Positions 1 through 15,728 of a stretch of DNA of 64,000 nt are shown here, one piece after another. Each line of letters starts with the position of its first letter. The first letter of the stretch is position 1. Source of the stretch: Blastocystis sp. Blastoise. Its lineage: Eukaryota; Protista; Bigyra: Opalinata. Location: NCBI GenBank assembly GCA_039096225.1, contig JBBPEB010000009.1, positions 1,364,001-1,428,000 of the forward strand. The letters run 5' to 3'. Both the position numbers and the translations under genes were made by a program. The notes beneath the pieces are model-generated. The model saw only the letters and a program-made list of their open reading frames with translations, was not told the DNA's origin and did not search any database.

Positions 1-3000
1 ACCTGGTGCTCCTTCTAATAATAATGGTATATGAGTAATAATAGATAAATAAATAGCTATAAATATATGAACAGTAGTAGGTACAGGATATATAATATGA
101 TGTAAATTAGAAGAAGTAATATCATTATTTGAATTTAATAAATTAAAAAATTGTTCAACTATTTCTTTATGAAAACATTTTTGAATCGATAATTTATAAT
201 TATTATATATATGTAATGGATCTTGTTGACTTTCTTTAAAGAAATCATTACAATAAGATGATTTCATTGGATAACAGAAATCAATTATATCTTGTGATGG
301 TTTATATTTAATAGTATTATTCATAAATGAATTATATAATTGAACTCGTTCATATTCATCAGATATACAATATTCCATAAAAAATAATGCATCAGAAGAA
401 TTATTAAAATATTGTATTAATTGATTTGTTATAGATAATAAAGAAAAAGAAGTTATTGAAGAAGGAAGTAATTTAAATAATGATTGTATTTCTTGTTCTG
501 TAAATGGTTGACATAAAATAGAAATAAAATCATTTTTTAATGAAAAATTAAAATATTGATTACTATCTATAGTAGATATTAATAATGGAGGATTCTTTAA
601 TGTATTATATAAACTATCTGTACAATCTTCATAAAATACATGCATTTGATCATAATGTAATAACATTTTTAATCTTGGGAATATAGAATCATTCATTAAA
701 TCAATATTTTCTAAAAGAATAGGTCGATCTAAAAGAATACCTTTCGTAATACTGCCAGGATTAAATAATATAGATGATGATTTTTCATTATTAAATGTCG
801 ATAATAATTGTTTTAGAGTATTTCCCCATAAAATTCTATTTCTTTCAGGTAATACAATAGAATGTTCTTTAGAATGAACAATATTATTATAAGTAATTTG
901 TATTTCTGTTTCATTAGAAAGTGTTGTAAATCCAATTAAATGTGTTCCTTCTAAAGAACGAGATAATTCTATAGAATATATATCTGGATATATATATTGA
1001 ATAACTTTATTTTTATAATTTTCAGAACCTACTAATAATATAGGATATTCATATAATATCATTCCTATACGAAATAATGATTCATTTAACCATATATATG
1101 ATTCAATATCTTTATGATAATAAGGTATATATACTTCAAGAGATCCTTTTACTAAATGATAATATGATATATCATCAAAATCATCATATTGTTCTATAGA
1201 GAATAAAATAGCTTTATACATATGAATAGGAATAAAAGAAGATCGTTCCATAAATTCATTCTTAGAACAATGAATTATTTCTATATTAACAGGTGATGCT
1301 AATATTTCCATAATCATTGAATTTGGATAATGTTTAGATATATATTGTAATGTAGAAGGTTGAACTTGATATAAACATATAATAGAAAGAATAGATATAG
1401 GTATTTTAAATAATGATTGTATATGTTTAAATTTTATTAATGATGATAATGATATTTCAGGATAAGATAATAAATAATATAAATTTATACCATTATTATT
1501 CTTTTCTTTTTTAGATTTTTCATTATCTTTTTTATCATTATTATTATTATTATTATTTTCTTCTATATAATAATCATTATCCTTTGGATATAATGTATGA
1601 ATAATTTGATATTTTTCTTCTGGTGTATAAGGTGATAATACATAATGAATAATATAATTAGGAAATTGATGAGAAATAGATGTAACTTGACATGAATATA
1701 AAAATATCATTTTAAATTGTGGATGTATCTTATGTTCTACACCAGAAAATATAAATGTATCTTCAATAGGATTACAAAATAATTGAAATGATTGAAATAA
1801 ATCATTTGTTAAATATTCACTATGATCAATAACAACAATAAATCCAGATTCAATATATTTTAATAATAATCCATCATGATATATACCATCACTAGTATAA
1901 AAACCCATTAGTTGATTTAATTCTGTATCATTTGATAATGTTAATATCTTTATTTGGGGTATATGTAATATATTTACTAATGTATTTATTATATATGATT
2001 TTCCTGTATCTTCTTCTCCAGATATACATAATGTACGATTTAATGAAAGACTTATAATAAAAGATGATATTAAGGATCCATATAAACTTATATTATTTAA
2101 TTGACTTAGACATGGTTTATTCTCTAAATCTTTTCTTAAATATATAATATGTTGAGATATTAAATATTGTAAAGGATCTATAGATTCATATATATTATTC
2201 ATATTTTTATATAATGATAATATTTGATAATGCTCACAAAAATTAAGCATATTATATATATTTTTCTTTTGGAAATAATTTGAAATAGTATATGAAGACG
2301 GTAGTAATGACATTTTTTCAGATTCTGTATGAAGTTCTTCTCTAGTAAATAATAATTCTTGGTCAATTTGAGGAGAAAGTTCATATTCTTCTTTATTAGA
2401 AGTTTTAGGTATATATATAATAAGAAAACGATTTAATAAAGCAGGTGAAAAATGAGATAATGATGATTTTATAGTAGTAGCAACTAATCGAAAATCAGGG
2501 TTAATTGATACGACTGGATCTTGACTACGTTCATCAAATCGAATATAATGTTCATTATTATCATTTAAATTAACTTCTAATAAAGAATTTAATCTTTCAA
2601 TAAAATTACTATTCATATTATGAAGTGAATTAAATAAACAAATACCACCATTTTCAATAGCTGTTAATAATGGAGAATTTTTCCATTGAGGTATTTGTGT
2701 TTCCATATTAATTTGATATGTACCAATCAATTGATCCGTTGATAATGACGAACTACATTGAATTTTTCCATAATATTGTTTTTTCCTTTCTATTCGATAT
2801 GATAAAAATGCATCTGTATAAATAGAAGCAGTAAAAATATCTTCACCAACAACTAATATATGATTTCCTGATCTTATAGCACACTTAATTCTATCTGCTA
2901 TATCTGAATATATACCTATTTGTAATGGATATTTAGGATAAAATATAGTTCTTTCTTTAACTGGAGAATTCTTATTAATATTATATACTATTTCAAGAGC

Positions 3001-6000
3001 TCTATTTAGTTTTAAATCTCGATTTAATAAGCTACGAACACGCATACAATCACGTAATGTATATTCACGAATATAATCATTATTATATTGTTGTTGTTTA
3101 TGTTGTCGTTGATAATTGGATCGATCTAAAGCTCGTTGTTGTTCTTCAAATACTTCATGAGCTTCATTAGTCATATCTTTACGGAATATATTCATAACAA
3201 TAGCTTTTAATTCATTTGGAAATATTTCAGGAAATTTTGTATTATCAACATAATAGAAATAATCTTTAATATCTGCTTTTAATTGATTTCGTTTATATAA
3301 AGAACCAGCAGGATTCTGTGTACAAATAATTCTAAAATTAGGATGCATTTTATATACACAACTTTTTCCAATTTCTTCTATATATAATTCTTTTGAATCT
3401 AAATACCCTAATAATGCTTGTACTATAGTATCAGGAGCTAAAGATAATTCATCTAATAATAAGATATAACCGTGAATAAAAGCATCTGTAAAAGGACCTA
3501 ATTTATATATAATCTTTGGTTTACCATCTATACTAACAAGAGCAATTTCTCCTAATAATTCTTCAATAGTTGAAACAGAAGAGAAATTATATCGAATTAA
3601 AGGTAATTGTTTTTCATTACATATACATTCTACAGTGAATGTTTTTGCAGAAGAAGTTGTACCTTCAATTAATAAAGGTATATAATTTAATATTGATCTA
3701 TTTACTATTTCTTTTCTCTTTTTAGATTCATTTGTACTCACATATATAGGTAAAGATTGAACAGCAATAGATTCTTTATAGGGTTTATAAGTAATATTAA
3801 TATTATTAATACGAAGTGTTAATGTATCTTTAGAAGAATGAATAAGAAGATAAGGAAAAGAACTAATAAATGTATATCCTTCTAAAGATATTTGTTTTCC
3901 TTGTATATTTTCTATTATATAGAAATATATAGTAGATGGAAAAAAATTATAATTAGTTCCTCTAGGGAAAAAAGGGAATAAATAGGAATCTCTTGTCTTT
4001 TCATTATATAAGGAGACTTTCTGATTTGTTTTAAAACATGTTAAACCATAATATAATGAAGAAGATAAAGTTGGATAATTATATAAATTAATTCTATTCT
4101 CTAATGAATTATTATTTTGATTAGGAATCGACGAAGAAGAAGAATTAGATTCGTTATTATTATCATATTGACAATCAAATTGAATCGAAAGACTTTGATT
4201 CAACGGTAATATCGTCACATCCTCAGAATTATTCATTTTTAAGAGAATTCCTATAGGTATATTATTATTATTATTTAAATAAAAAGAATATTAAATTCTA
4301 AGAAATGTAAATATTATATGAAAGATGATAGAATAATTATTATAAAACTAAAGAAAATAAAAGAAAATATATATATATACCAGTTTTAGTTAGATCAATA
4401 ATAGGAATACTATTAGAGTTAGTTTGAGGGTTTAAAAGGTGATCCCTCATGTACAGAGGGGTTAATGGATATTTAGAGAAATAATGTTTATACATTTTTG
4501 AATTCTCTATTTCATAATCTTCTATATATATATATTTAATGATATATATATAATATAATAGAAGAATAATATATATATATACCTTCAATATTAATAATAT
4601 TTAATTGAATATCTTCAGAAAAAGGTAATATATCATTTATTCTTTGTACTATAGAATAATAATAGTAATAATTTGGTTAATAATAATAAAAACTATATAT
4701 ATACAGAAATCAAGTGGAATAGTAAGACAACTAGGAATAGGTATTTGATTTTCATTATTCCCGCGGTTATATTGATCAGTTGGATGTGAATAAGTATATA
4801 ATATACATATATCATCATAATGAATATCTATATATGTATTAATAATCATATATATATATATATATAGCATACCATCAACTAAAAGAAATGAAATATGATT
4901 GGCTATTATAGTTTTAATGATCCAATCAGATGTCAAATTTGAACAAGAATCTATATATATAATTATATATAGATAATTATATATATATATATATACATTG
5001 TTCAATGATTTTCATATTATCATTTGTAGTACCTATATATATATTATATAATATATATATATATAATTATATATATACCATTCATAGTAATATTTTTAAA
5101 TTCAACATATTCCAGATTTGCTGAAGGAAACTAAATATATATGTATATATATATATATATATAAATATATAAATATATAAATATACTTGAATAATATAAA
5201 TATCTTCATAATTTTGGATATTAATTTTTTCATCATTTTGTGGAATAATTTTTTCTTGAGAAGTATATAAATATAAATTCATATTATTTTGATGATATTG
5301 TTCCTAGAATATTATATATAGATATAATATAATACATATATATATATATATATACATCAATTTGTTGATATAACATTGAATTTGTTAAATCCATTTTAAT
5401 TTGTTTTTGACAATTTGTACATGAATACAAACATATTAAATTTATCTATATATATTTATATATAAAAAACAATAAATAGATATATATAAATATACAAAAA
5501 TAGATCGACTAAAGATATCAATATCACCATCTTCTTCTTTATGTTCATCTTTTCCCGTGGGAATTCCTTCATTAGTCTGTATATTTTGAGGAATAGAAGT
5601 AGTAGGTTGTTGTATATTAATATCATGACTGGAAGAAGTTAATAATTGTGAAGTAAAACCAGGAGATAATACAGGAGATCCATCTACAGCAGAGACATCT
5701 TCATTATTTACGGGAATATTAGAATTTCCAGTATTAACATTATTATTTCCATGATTACTTGTAGTATTATTAAGATATGTATAGTTAGTTTGTGGTAATA
5801 ATATAGGAGGTGGAGAAGGAGATTTCTGATTATTCGCGGGAGACGAAGGAGGCATTGGAGGCGAAGGAGATCGTATAGGATTAGTAGATGCTATATTCCC
5901 GCGGTTATCTGGATTAGTAGAAGAAGTTGATACTGGAGATGGAGAAACATATGCCTATAGATAAGTAATAATTATAATAAAATAGTTCTTATATTGATAT

Positions 6001-7099
6001 ATTGTTATTATTAATTATTTTATTGAATAATTAATATATACTTTTTGTTCATTAGCACTATATACTTGATTCTGAGAAAAGATCTATTTATAATGAAATA
6101 TTAATACTATATTATTAGAATAATCAAAATTAAATTAAATTAAAAGAATAATATAACATAATAACTATAATAATAATAATTCTTAACGAAAATGCTAATA
6201 AAACATAATAGAACATTAAAATAATATCAATAATATACTTGGATAACAGAATTCATTTGAAATCCAAGTTTAAATATAGGTTGTGATATATCTATATAAT
6301 TATTATTATACACAAAAAAAGGATTCTCTCCAAACGATATATTATCTTTTAAAAATATCTATATATATATATATATATTATAAATAGTTTAATTTAAAAA
6401 AAATATAATATACTTGTAAAATTTTTCTGGCAACATTATAAAAACTTTCTGTAATGAGAACAGAAATATTTTTATATGTATTATTTCCATAAAAGAATAA
6501 AGTCAAACAATTATTTTGTGGATTCTCATTAATAACGAAGTAAGGATAATTATTGCGATACACCGATGCAGTTGCTGAAGGAGCCGCATTTGAACTTGAG
6601 GACCCTAAAGCATCTGAATACGCATTATATGAACCATTCACTATGATTCGTTACACAATATGAAATTAAATCGCATACCATTAACATTATTTTGAGTTCC
6701 ATATGTGTTCTGATAAGAATATCCTGAAACCTGAGCATTTAGATTAGATGCTAAACATACATAGTATAATATTACAAAAAGATGCAAGAGATACAATTAG
6801 TATTCTGTGAAGCGTATGTTCTTCTATCGGTAACAAAAATATAAGCATTCAGATCCACTGGTATGTGACATACACAATAGTCTTTAAAGTCGAATCGACT
6901 ATCGTTGATCATCCAGACTTGATCCTCAACCATGATGCCATAAGATAGCTATATTCGTTTAGAAGAATAATAGAAACTATTAGTGACATACTGCAATTTG
7001 CTGAGCAATTGTCACTAGATAAGTAGCAGGATCGTAGTCCCATGAGACTGGCGTATTATTTATATAAAAATAAAGACGACGTAAACGGCTTTGATTCAT
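1..7099 (-). CDS. Midasin-like multi-AAA+ (AAA_5/dynein-related) protein with N-terminal ubiquitin-like domains; multi-exon, 3' end runs off the window
   Basis: Minus-strand exon 4250..1 appears open and keeps the same frame at both ends; it is absent from the ORF track, consistent with no stop inside the window. It reads IPLLIEGTTSSAKT (3640-3663), PLIRYNFSSVSTIEELLGE, GPFTDAFIHGYILLLDELSLAP, MHPNFRIICTQNPAG, LCISGEEDTGKS (~1996-2019) and PLLLEGAPG (1-27), all midasin/Rea1-type AAA modules. Upstream GT-AG exons can be chained to an ATG at 7099 (MNQSRLRRLYFYINNTP...). Confidence 0.8.
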
Positions 7100-8419
7100 A
7101 TCTAAATAAAATAAATTATTGCTTTTTGGTTTTTTATGGAAAAAAACTCGCAATGCAGATAAGAAAACACTAGTAATTTTTCTTAGTTCGTATTTGTCAT
7201 ACGATTAATGCTAGTAATAAAAAGATATTTCTTTAAATTATTCTAGAACAATACTGTAATTTGAAAATTATTGCATCATGCAAACTTTATTAAATTTATC
7301 GTTACAATTAGTTTTTTCTAGGTTATATTTTTTAAATTAAATAAAAAATAATAATAATACTGAGCATGACCATTCATTATTATTACATTAAACTGATAAA
7401 ATTAGCATGAATAAAGTTATATGAAACAAAGAAGTTTCAATTAAACAAAAGACTTGACATTCCCAGGTAAAAAGTGCAATTTATAGGGTCAAAAAAAAAT
7501 GTTCATTTTTTTAAAACTTTTACACAATTGGATAGTTTAAATAGGTGCTTTTTCATTGAAACCTTGTTGAATGAGCTTAGAATTATGTCCTCTATCAAAA
7601 TGAACCTAGTGTAAAAATAATTTAAAAATTTTGAAATGAATGGAGAAATCTCTTGTTATATTTTTATTTTTTATAATTTTTCATACCTAAAATACTTTAT
7701 ACATAACCCAGATAGTAATGAAATATAAAAAGTGAGATTAATATACAAAGTCAAATTTGTAGATTAATCACTTGATTCTGTCATAATATAGTGAAAAAAG
7801 GTGTAATTCTTCGTTTTATATAACTAGAAGAACTAGGAGTATATTTATTTTCATAAATGATTCTTTATCACTGTCAGGCAGGGTGGCCTATTTAAGAGTT
7901 TTGATTGGCTAATTTTAAAAATAGTCCAATAATTTTTCTTTAAAAAATTGACCTTCTAAAAAAGTGGTTTAGAGAAGGAATTTTTCTGAAAAACAAAAAA
8001 AAATAATTCTAAGTCGCTATTATTTTTCTATTTTTCTATATTCTTCTCATATAGAGTTAATATGAGGTTTTTGACATTATATTCAATCAATAGGGTCTTT
8101 ATTTGACAAACAGAGCTGCTTTTTATGTTTGTTTTCTTAACATTAGTGGTTTGGAAATGTTGACTTATTTTCAATAAAAAGTTGTTAAAATGCATTCAAT
8201 AGACCATGTAGACTCATAATATAAATGAAAAAACTTGTTTTATGATGTTTATAAAAAAAGTCAAAAACAAAAATTCAGACAGTCAAATTTTGTAATACAC
8301 GGTAATTTTTTCATTTCAAAAGAAAAAGCAAAATTTGAAAGTTGGTCTTTTGATTACTTTTTATATTGAACTTGATGTATGATTATATATTTTGTTTTAA
8401 TATATCATTTTTTATTTAG

Positions 8420-8670
8420 TGAGGATGTTCGTGTTTCAAATTTGTTGTATTTTATATATTTTATTTTAGTTAATTCATTTCTTATTTTAGGTATCAGGTC
8501 TTTTAAAGATGAGACAACTCTGCCCATCGTGAAATTGGGTTCTGTGTTTTCCTAGGTGGTTCAACTGGATCAAAAATACTTTCTGTATATAATTATATTT
8601 TTTAATTAGCATTATTTATTTAATCTATCTTTATTTTATAGTATAGAATGATTGCTGGTGATCAAAAGTG
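8420..8670 (+). pseudogene. Short chain of degenerate exon-like segments, unidentified
   Basis: GC-richer segments are bounded by TTAG/GTAT sites (8420-8446, 8491-8584, ~8647-8669). I could not build a stop-free reading across them; best fragment DNSAHREIGFCVFLGGSTGSKILS. Confidence 0.25.
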
Positions 8671-8985
8671 TTTATTTATTTATTATCTGTCAGTCTAGTA
8701 AGTATTTATATTAATTAGATTGTAATTACTTATTTTTTCTATTATATATATTTTTTAAATTTATTTTTTTATTAATTTATTATATTAATCGCTATCTTAT
8801 TATTTCTACATTTTTAAATATAATTTTTATTCTATTTTTACGATAATAAATTATATATATATAGACATACGAGTTAATACTTTCATTGAGTGAAGAACTT
8901 GTTTATCTTTTAATTTATTTTTTGTAGTGTTTATTATATATCAAAATATAGATGAGTATATATATATATTATTATTATTATTTAT

Positions 8986-9044
<59 letters not shown>

Positions 9045-9175
9045 CTGAGATATTATTATTATTATTATTATTATTATCTGAGATATTATTATTATTATTA
9101 TTATATAATATATTTAAATACTATTATTATATATTAAATATTATCAGTTCTCTTATTTATAAATTAAATAGATAG

Positions 9176-9633
9176 CAGAATTTGATTATAAATCTATTTT
9201 TTCCCGTGGGAAGAAAGATAATCTCTGGTCGATGGGTGATGGTATCGATACATGCGGGCGTTGTACTGAAATTTTTTATGCACATGTATATAGATATAGA
9301 TAAATATAATAATAATATAAATCATATTATTTATAAAATATTTTTATACTATTTATATATATAGGATCCTGATTGATATATAAATGATGATCTTCTTGAA
9401 ATATGGAACACTGTATTCATGGAATACGAGCAGAAGGAGTATATATATATATATAATTATATTTAATGATATTTGTATATTATACTATATATATACAATA
9501 TAATGAATAATTCTATATTTAATTTTATAGTTATATATATTATTTCCCTCCTTTTATCTTAGTCTTCCCTCGTTCCTCTGACACACTACTACTTCGACAC
9601 ACGAATGGGTGCAGAACGTATGGCCATACGTGT

Positions 9634-9691
<58 letters not shown>

Positions 9692-10401
9692 TTCAAGGCG
9701 TATGTTCAAATTTTGATACAGATGTTTTCTATTCAATAAAATATAATTTACTTGTATATATATATATATTCTTAATTATATATAATATATATATTATAAT
9801 ATAAACTATATACAGTTAATTCTGCAACCCTATATAAAAACTGATAAAAATCACGTGCTCAATTTGAAAAGTTCCCGCGAATCACTTCCCGCGTAAACCT
9901 ATCACCGTATACTACGTTGCTTAATATTCTTTCAGACCATTTCAGAACAGTTTCAGCACTTATATATCAAGGTATATATCCATCGCATACAGGTTGCGGA
10001 TGTATACTAAGGAAACTAATCAGGTATATATATATAATTATTACTCATAAATACAATAAGTATAATTTATATATAATCCTATATATATAGATAGGGTTTA
10101 AAATATGATTATATATACAATATTCAATTCCCTTTCTTGTCTTCTTGTATTCCCGCGGTTATTCAATCTTTAGGTTTATATATATATATATAATAGAACT
10201 GTTTTATCCTGATATTCCAAGTCACGTACAGAACATAACGTCAATTGTGGAGAATGAGGAAATGCATTTTTGGCGGGCATTTGAGTGCGGTAAAGATAAC
10301 ATGAAGACATATTAAAATCATCAAAAGTATATACTTGTGTTGATTTATTTATTTTAATTTTATTATTGTTATGCTTATTTGTATTGTAGAATTAGCTTAT
10401 G

Positions 10402-10444
<43 letters not shown>

Positions 10445-10734
10445 TATATAGAAGCGATCTATTCCCCCATCTCTCGTGGATTTGAACCAATTATATGGAA
10501 GTACAGGAATTCTATTGGGTTTTTCTCGTGTATTATTGGAAGAACGTGGAATTGTGTTACAGAACACAAATATTCCTGAGGATGAAATAGACCAATCAAA
10601 AAACAAAGATAATAAATCTAAAAGAACAGTATTTATCATATATTTATTAGTTATATGTATATTTATTTATAGAATATAGGTTTAGATAGTTATGCTATTC
10701 CCGCCCTTTCTGTTCTTTCCGCGCTTCACAATTC

Positions 10735-10805
<71 letters not shown>

Positions 10806-11242
10806 CTTCCTCCTCTTCTTTCAACACAATCAACATCTAGTATACAAGCAATATTGAATCCTCCCCGCGGGGATAAAACTAAATATTCATATGCTTGTAT
10901 TGATCCATGTCCATTCTTCCCCACGGGAGGGGGTCAAGTGGGGAATCAAGGAACACTATTTACTGATGATAGAAACACTATTCCAATTATAGATACTATT
11001 CGTGTGAATGACCATTGTATATTATTAAAGACTTCCATTTCTGTTCCCAAGTCCCTCCTTCATGCACGTGTCAATCCCTCTGTTAACTCTGATAATTGAA
11101 CGTATATATATTTATACTAATATTTTTATTCTTATTTTGCTTTTATTTTTCTCTATCTCTATATATATATAGTCAGACCTCTATTCATCACACTTCTACT
11201 CATCTCCTTCATGAACTACTTCGAAGATAGATTAATGATCCA

Positions 11243-11274
<32 letters not shown>

Positions 11275-11735
11275 TATATATATATAACTAATTATATATA
11301 TATATAGGCCTTATTAATCCTTTGAGTTCGAAATTCCCTCTAACTTCTCCTCTTCAGGCGGGAAGTTATGTGGATCCCTCTATAATACGATTGGAATATT
11401 CATTTAAAGGGGATCAAAATAGCTTGCCACAAGTATTAAAGAACGTTGAGAAAATCAAGAATATTATTACCAAACAATGTATATAGGAGTTATAATATAA
11501 TAGTATAACATAATATAGTATATAATATAATAGAATTGTATATAATAGTTATAATATAATAGTATAGAATATAATAGTATATAATATTATATTATATATA
11601 GCTAATCCTGTTCATTATGATTATATGTCCTATACTAACTCGATTTCCCGTGGTTATAATGGTATATTTGCGAATAATTTCAAAGAGATCGTTCGAATAG
11701 TTGAAGTGGAAGGAGTTAGTAAAGAATTATGTGGA

Positions 11736-11779
<44 letters not shown>

Positions 11780-12480
11780 TTATTATTATTATTTTTATAA
11801 CTATTATTATAACATTATTATAACATTATTATAACATTATTATAACATTATTATTATAGGAACTCATTGTGAAAACATTAAAGATATTTATCCATTTATA
11901 ACTCTCAAGAATTCATCTATTTCCGCGGGAATAAAAAGAGTAGAAGTAGTAACAGGTATGTATATGTTTTGAACATAATTCAAGAATCTAGTATTATTAT
12001 AAAACTTTTTATTATATTTATATTTATTATTATATATATATATAGGTCCAAAAGCAGTTGATTATTTATATACTTTATATAATGAGTATATATCTTTAAA
12101 AACATTCTATAAATAGTATAAAATCCAATCATCTGCATTGGATAATGTTTATCCAATCAAAAATAAATGATACAACAATTATCCAATTAGAATAAGTTAA
12201 TGATGAAATGTATTATGAAATCAATTCAACCTACTACTTCCTATATATGTATATAACTATTATTATTATATTTTTTTGCTATTTATATACTATGTTATTT
12301 ATATATATAGGTAATAATAAAGAAGTTCACGTATATATCATACCTTCCGAATTCTCTTCCGAATGCTATCGAAAAAGAAGTCAATTCAAAATCTATTAAT
12401 ATATATATATATAAATAATAATCAATCATATACCAAAAACCTATGAAGATAATACTAGCTGGAAAGTATTTATAGCAAAT
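9176..12480 (+). pseudogene. Alanyl-tRNA synthetase pseudogene (intron-containing, N-terminus not found)
   Basis: Exons encode AlaRS motifs in the right order: DNLWSMGDGIDTCGRCTEIFY, LLEIWNTVFMEY, FDTRMGAERMA, QGVCSNFDTDVF, ILSDHFRT..GIYPSHTGCGCILRKLIR, PCPFFPTGGGQVGNQG, HHTSTHLLH, SKELCGG-THC, ISAGIKRVEVVTG. In-frame stops at TGA 9374, TGA 11097, TAG 11228 and TAG 12114. Frameshifts near 9850 and 10730. Confidence 0.85.
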
Positions 12481-12549
12481 CTTTGATGTATATATTATTA
12501 TTATATTATTATTATTATTATTATATGGGCTTTATGTTTATATTTATTA

Positions 12550-12584
<35 letters not shown>

Positions 12585-12586
12585 GA

Positions 12587-14130
<1,544 letters not shown>

Positions 14131-15017
14131 ATATACATTTATAATACTATATTAATATATATATATATATATATATTTAAATTATATCTAGTTTAAAAAT
14201 CATGTATATATAGGATAGAAAAAAGTTTAATATATATTTTTATTATATATATTATAATAATATATTACTATATATACTATATATTATCTATTTTATCTAT
14301 CTTTTATGTTTTAATTATTTATATATTACTCCTTTTGTTTTGTGGTATTTAACAATAATAATATTTATAGAATTCTTTTTGAATAATAGAAAGAAAAAGA
14401 TAAAATATGAATCTACTTTATGTTGTAATAAATTACATTCTTTATTATGTCTAAAGCAACTTAATGACCTTTCAAAAAAATAATTTTATTCAGTCACTTA
14501 TAATATTCGATAATTCGTTTTAATAAAACATATTTAAAATAAAAGTTTATAAATTATAATTCTTATATTAATAAATAACTATATTAAATATATTCTTTTA
14601 TTCTTCATACTCTTTACTCTATAAATTAAATGTTATGATATAATATAACTGATAAATATTTTGAATTAGAATTATAATGTGCTAAAATAACAACATTTTT
14701 GTTTTAATAAGTCTTAAACATGTTGAAATAAAATAATTTATGTTGATAAACACATAATATATTTATAAATCAATTTTACATTCAAATAGACTTTATAAAA
14801 GAGAAAAAGGGAAAATTTTAAAATGTTTTAACCCCTGGAAACAACGAATTTATACAAACTTTTATTATAGAAATAAAGATTTTATAAGGGGGAATTTCTC
14901 ATTGTTTTTAAGATTTAATATTTTCACATATTTATTTTTATTTTTATTTATTTTTCAGATATATTTTATATATTATAAAATGTATATAATATTTTTTATT
15001 TATTTTATGCTATATAG

Positions 15018-15558
15018 GCTTACTGGTCTATCCAAATGATTTCAAATGGGTCGCAATTGGTCTTCTTCTTTAAAGGTATGTTTCTTTTTCATTTCTTTTA
15101 TTCTCTATAGGTAGCCTATGAGTTGTGGAGTATGGACTAGAAGGAATCCTGTGTTGTTGAAGGTATTTATTTTTACATTCTCTAGGTTATTTTTATTTAT
15201 TGTCTTCTATAGGTTCAACTGTTGTCTCTGGTCTCCTTGATCCTTGACTATCTGGTTTTAAAGGTATATATTATTATTGTATTTTTTTTGAAATTAACTA
15301 TTTTTATTTTTTATAGATAATAGGTGGTTTATGGTGTCCCTCTTAATTATAACGAGTTGGTATTTGAAGGTATATTGCTTTATTATATTTATTTTTTTAC
15401 ATTCTATTTTTATAGTTGTAATTTCTCTTAACTGGGTTGTCTAAAGGTGCTACTAAAAGGTATATATTATATATTATCTATATTATTATTAGTTCTATTA
15501 TTTTTATATGTATAGTCCTCAAAATGGTTCACAATCAACTCAAAACAAATCAAAATAA
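15018..15558 (+). pseudogene. Relic of a micro-exon gene (six 43-58 nt exons)
   Basis: Regular GC-richer exons, five ending AAG|GTA, separated by 35-56 nt AT-rich introns. LTGLSK is encoded in two exons. No continuous ORF found. Confidence 0.4.
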
Positions 15559-15728
15559 CTATTATTTTTGTTGTTTTCTTTTATTGTTATAATTATTATA
15601 TTATTATTTATTGTATTTTGTTATTATATTTTTTATTATCATTCACACAACGATTAAATAAATAAAAAAATGACGTTTCTAAAAGAATTCTAAACGAATG
15701 AAAAGAAAGACCATATCCGACAAAAATA

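Noticed and set aside
7385-7875. Possible degenerate inverted repeat or TE relic, plus an 11-bp CATTCCCAGGT match to the foldback arm
   Set aside because: The matches are short and AT-rich, with no TSD or defined ends.
9176-12480. Stop-codon reassignment or readthrough to explain the in-frame stops in AlaRS
   Set aside because: Stops are of mixed types and come with frameshifts and motif damage; the intact genes have long stop-free exons and end in TAA.
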